From assembly GCA_044869275.1 (NCBI GenBank), contig JBIOXB010000075.1, forward strand, positions 13,120-77,119: a stretch of DNA of 64,000 nucleotides. The letters are read 5' to 3'. This DNA is from a bacterium (GTDB taxonomy: Bacteria > Zhuqueibacterota > Zhuqueibacteria > Zhuqueibacterales > Zhuqueibacteraceae). The notes under the pieces are model-generated. The model did no database searches. It had not been told where the DNA came from and worked only from the letters and a program-made list of their open reading frames with translations. Position numbers and translations under genes: made by a program. Shown in pieces: positions 61,786-64,000 of the stretch. The stretch's first letter is position 1. Every line of letters begins with the position of its first letter.

Positions 61786-62427
61786 ATGCCAGGCTTGTTT
61801 GATAAAGTTGCCAAAGACCTGCAGAACGGTTTTCTCACCCTGTCCGAGAAGGCCGCGGAATGGGTCAAAACCGGCACGGAAGCTTTGCGCGGGGGAATGG
61901 AGGTGGCTTCGACCAAAGCGACTTATGCCTCGAGGTTGGCCAAGCTCAAATGGGAGCAAAACGTTCTGCAACGCGAGATCGAAAAGGCGTTCACGGCGCT
62001 GGGCGGGCAAGCGTACGAGCTCTTCGCCGCCGGGCAATTGCAGGAATTGGGGACGCGAGCGCAGGATAAACTCGAACAATTGCGCAGCCTCGAACAGAAA
62101 CTGGAGGAAAAAGAAAAGGAAATCGAGATTCTTTCCAAAAACCTCAACTTCACCTCCACCGGCTCCTCAGATTTGAAAGATTTGCGGCAAGATATGGAAG
62201 GCGCCGGCGGCACGATCGTGCAAGTCACCATTGTGCCGAATTCCCCTGCCGCGCACAAAGCTTGCCGTGAAATCGCTGCCTCGCCGGATCTCATGATTGG
62301 TGCGATTCTGCGCGCAGACGAAATCGTCATTCCGACGCCAGATACGATTCTGCTGCCCGGCGATCGTGTGACTTTACTCGGCAGGAAAGAAGCGGTGCAG
62401 CAAGCCGCGCAGATGCTGGCAGGCTGA
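61786..62427 (+). CDS. Coiled-coil protein with C-terminal TrkA-C (RCK_C) domain
   Basis: V.I.PNSPAA.K...IGAILR....IP.PDT.L.PGDRV; RBS AAGGAGG. Confidence 0.8.
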   Translation: MPGLFDKVAKDLQNGFLTLSEKAAEWVKTGTEALRGGMEVASTKATYASRLAKLKWEQNVLQREIEKAFTALGGQAYELFAAGQLQELGTRAQDKLEQLRSLEQKLEEKEKEIEILSKNLNFTSTGSSDLKDLRQDMEGAGGTIVQVTIVPNSPAAHKACREIAASPDLMIGAILRADEIVIPTPDTILLPGDRVTLLGRKEAVQQAAQMLAG

Positions 62428-62563
62428 TGCGGGAACCTGGCAGACGAGTTATCATTCTTGCAGCCTTCCAGCGACGGCAACTCCGTTGTGGTTTTACATT
62501 CTTACTGATGCCATCGAACGCATGCTGCCAGGAAATTCGGAGCGGCAAATCCAGGAGTGAGTG

Positions 62564-63739
62564 ATGACTTACGTCCAAGAATCCTACCCTCTCGCAGCAG
62601 ACGACATCCTCTGCAGTTATCATGTTGAACCCGCCAGCGGCAAAAGTATTTTGCCGAGCATCGAAGAGTTGTGCAAAAAGGCCTCCGTGGATTTCGTGGG
62701 TGGCGCGCTCATCCGCGATTTCGCCGCGCACGCTTATCAGATCAGCGAGCAAAATGTCAAAGTGGCGTTCCCCGCGGGCCTTTTTGAAGACGGCAACATC
62801 CCGCATTTGCTCACCATCGTGGCGGGAAAAATTTTCGGTCTGGAGAAGATCGCGAGCCTGCGCTTGCAGGACATTCGTTTCCCGCCCTCGTGGCTCAAGA
62901 CTTTTCGCGGCCCGGCTTTTGGCAGTTCTTTAATTGAGAAAGTTTTTGACAGCCCGTCGCGGCCGCTGGTTTCTTCCTTGATCAGTCCCGAAGTCGGCCT
63001 CGATCTCAAAACATATCAAGGAAAAGCCGAGGCCTCGTTCTTGGGTGGCTGTGACATTGTGCGCGATAGCCCGCAAATCAATAACAAAATCATTTCTTTT
63101 GAGAAACGCGTGGAGGCGATGCTGGGCTTGGCCGACGCCTGCTCGCAAAAAACCGGCATGCCGAAAATGTTCTTCCCCAATGTCAGCGGTCCGGGCGATC
63201 TGGTGTTGCAGCGTATCGATTCTGTCGTCAAAAAAGGCGGGCATGGCGCCGTGGTGAATTTTCAAGCGGCGGGATTCGGAATTTTGCAGATGGTGCGCAA
63301 CATGTTTCCAGAATTAATCGTTTATGCCGACCGCACTTCACATGCGGCGACCGCGCGCAACAAACGGCAGGGCATCTCCATGACCACGCTGGGCAAGCTC
63401 GCACGCGTCGCTGGCGCCGATTTGGTGGAGATCGGCTCCATAACGGGTGACATGGTCGAAAACGAAGCGCATGTCGTGCAATTGCATGCCAACTTGCTGG
63501 CAGATATTTTCAAGACACGCGATCCCGATCGTTTCGATCAGGATTGGCAGGGTCTGGGTAACAGCTTACCCGTCACCTCCGGCGGGCTGACCGCCGAAGA
63601 CATTCGCGAATTGCGGCATCGCTTTGGCAATCACCTGGTGCTGCAATTCGGACGCAGCATGACCGGAAAAGAGAAAGTCACGCGGCAGCACGTGGAAAAA
63701 TTTCTGGATGAGCTTGGCCCACTCGTGCCGCTGGTATAG
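62564..63739 (+). CDS. RuBisCO large-subunit homolog (form III-like) with degenerate active site
   Basis: LFE.GNIP.LL...AG.IFG, LRL.DI.FP, F.GP.FG, RPL, GG.D..RD, RNKR.GISM..LGKLAR..G.D, QDW.GL...LPV.SGGL. Confidence 0.85.
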   Translation: MTYVQESYPLAADDILCSYHVEPASGKSILPSIEELCKKASVDFVGGALIRDFAAHAYQISEQNVKVAFPAGLFEDGNIPHLLTIVAGKIFGLEKIASLRLQDIRFPPSWLKTFRGPAFGSSLIEKVFDSPSRPLVSSLISPEVGLDLKTYQGKAEASFLGGCDIVRDSPQINNKIISFEKRVEAMLGLADACSQKTGMPKMFFPNVSGPGDLVLQRIDSVVKKGGHGAVVNFQAAGFGILQMVRNMFPELIVYADRTSHAATARNKRQGISMTTLGKLARVAGADLVEIGSITGDMVENEAHVVQLHANLLADIFKTRDPDRFDQDWQGLGNSLPVTSGGLTAEDIRELRHRFGNHLVLQFGRSMTGKEKVTRQHVEKFLDELGPLVPLV

Positions 63740-64000
63740 CTTGAGAGGATTGATTTCGGGGAAAGCAAACAAGCGGAATGGAACGGAGGCACGAGACCAA
63801 ATGTCGTGGGAGAGCTTTCGGCTTCTCGCGAATTTTGATGGGTTGAAAAGAGAACCAGGCCCTGTCTGACCGCTTAATTAGGGGCTGCTGAAAAACTCAA
63901 AAGATCAAAAAAATCCTTTAAAACTGGGCATTTCCTGGTTATATTGTGTTGTTCAAGTGCAAGCTTTTTGAGCCAAACCCTGCAAAACCCTTGCACTTTT

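Noticed and set aside
62564..63739. Functional CO2-fixing RuBisCO (rbcL)
   Set aside because: The carbamylated Lys, metal ligands and catalytic Lys residues appear replaced; no gene symbol assigned.
63880..64000. GGGGCTGCTGAAAAA resembling an IS terminal inverted repeat
   Set aside because: No transposase or partner repeat inside the window; cannot be supported without downstream sequence.

Overview
Gene-dense, GC-rich bacterial window, mostly minus-strand. Gene content (TonB receptor, TolC, lipoproteins, FlgD/T9SS-like C-terminal domain) suggests a diderm FCB-group organism, possibly KSB1/Calditrichota-like; this is inference only. Most of the window is housekeeping: cca, ppdK, ctpA, tmk, ino1, rsmI, ybeY/HD/phoH, prkA-yeaH-spoVR, and a TPP riboswitch-TonB receptor-thiN unit. 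The standout is a ~13 kb accessory locus (30.5-43.8 kb). Three tandem 18-20 aa micro-ORFs absent from the ORF track share the leader MKVKTN(V/I)KAG, followed by variable cores CHKCISQNIR, KPKGLAMN and PCPRGCWR. Each has its own RBS, an upstream TT(A/G)TGGAA-N14-GCATC motif and a 3' hairpin. They precede a pseudo-C39/VKOR/thioredoxin fusion, HlyD and two C39-type ABC exporters. Divergently transcribed are an ECF sigma factor, a zinc-finger/TPR anti-sigma and a lipoprotein TPR-CHAT protease. An exact copy of the promoter-like motif lies inside the sigma-factor coding sequence, pointing at the anti-sigma/CHAT genes. This looks like a peptide-signal (pheromone-like) circuit read out by a caspase-like protease, though the functional model is inference. 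Other notable items are a form III-like RuBisCO homolog with nearly all catalytic residues replaced, a GalT homolog with His-to-Tyr at the nucleophile, and a receptor-like Ser/Thr kinase / FHA-PP2C operon.
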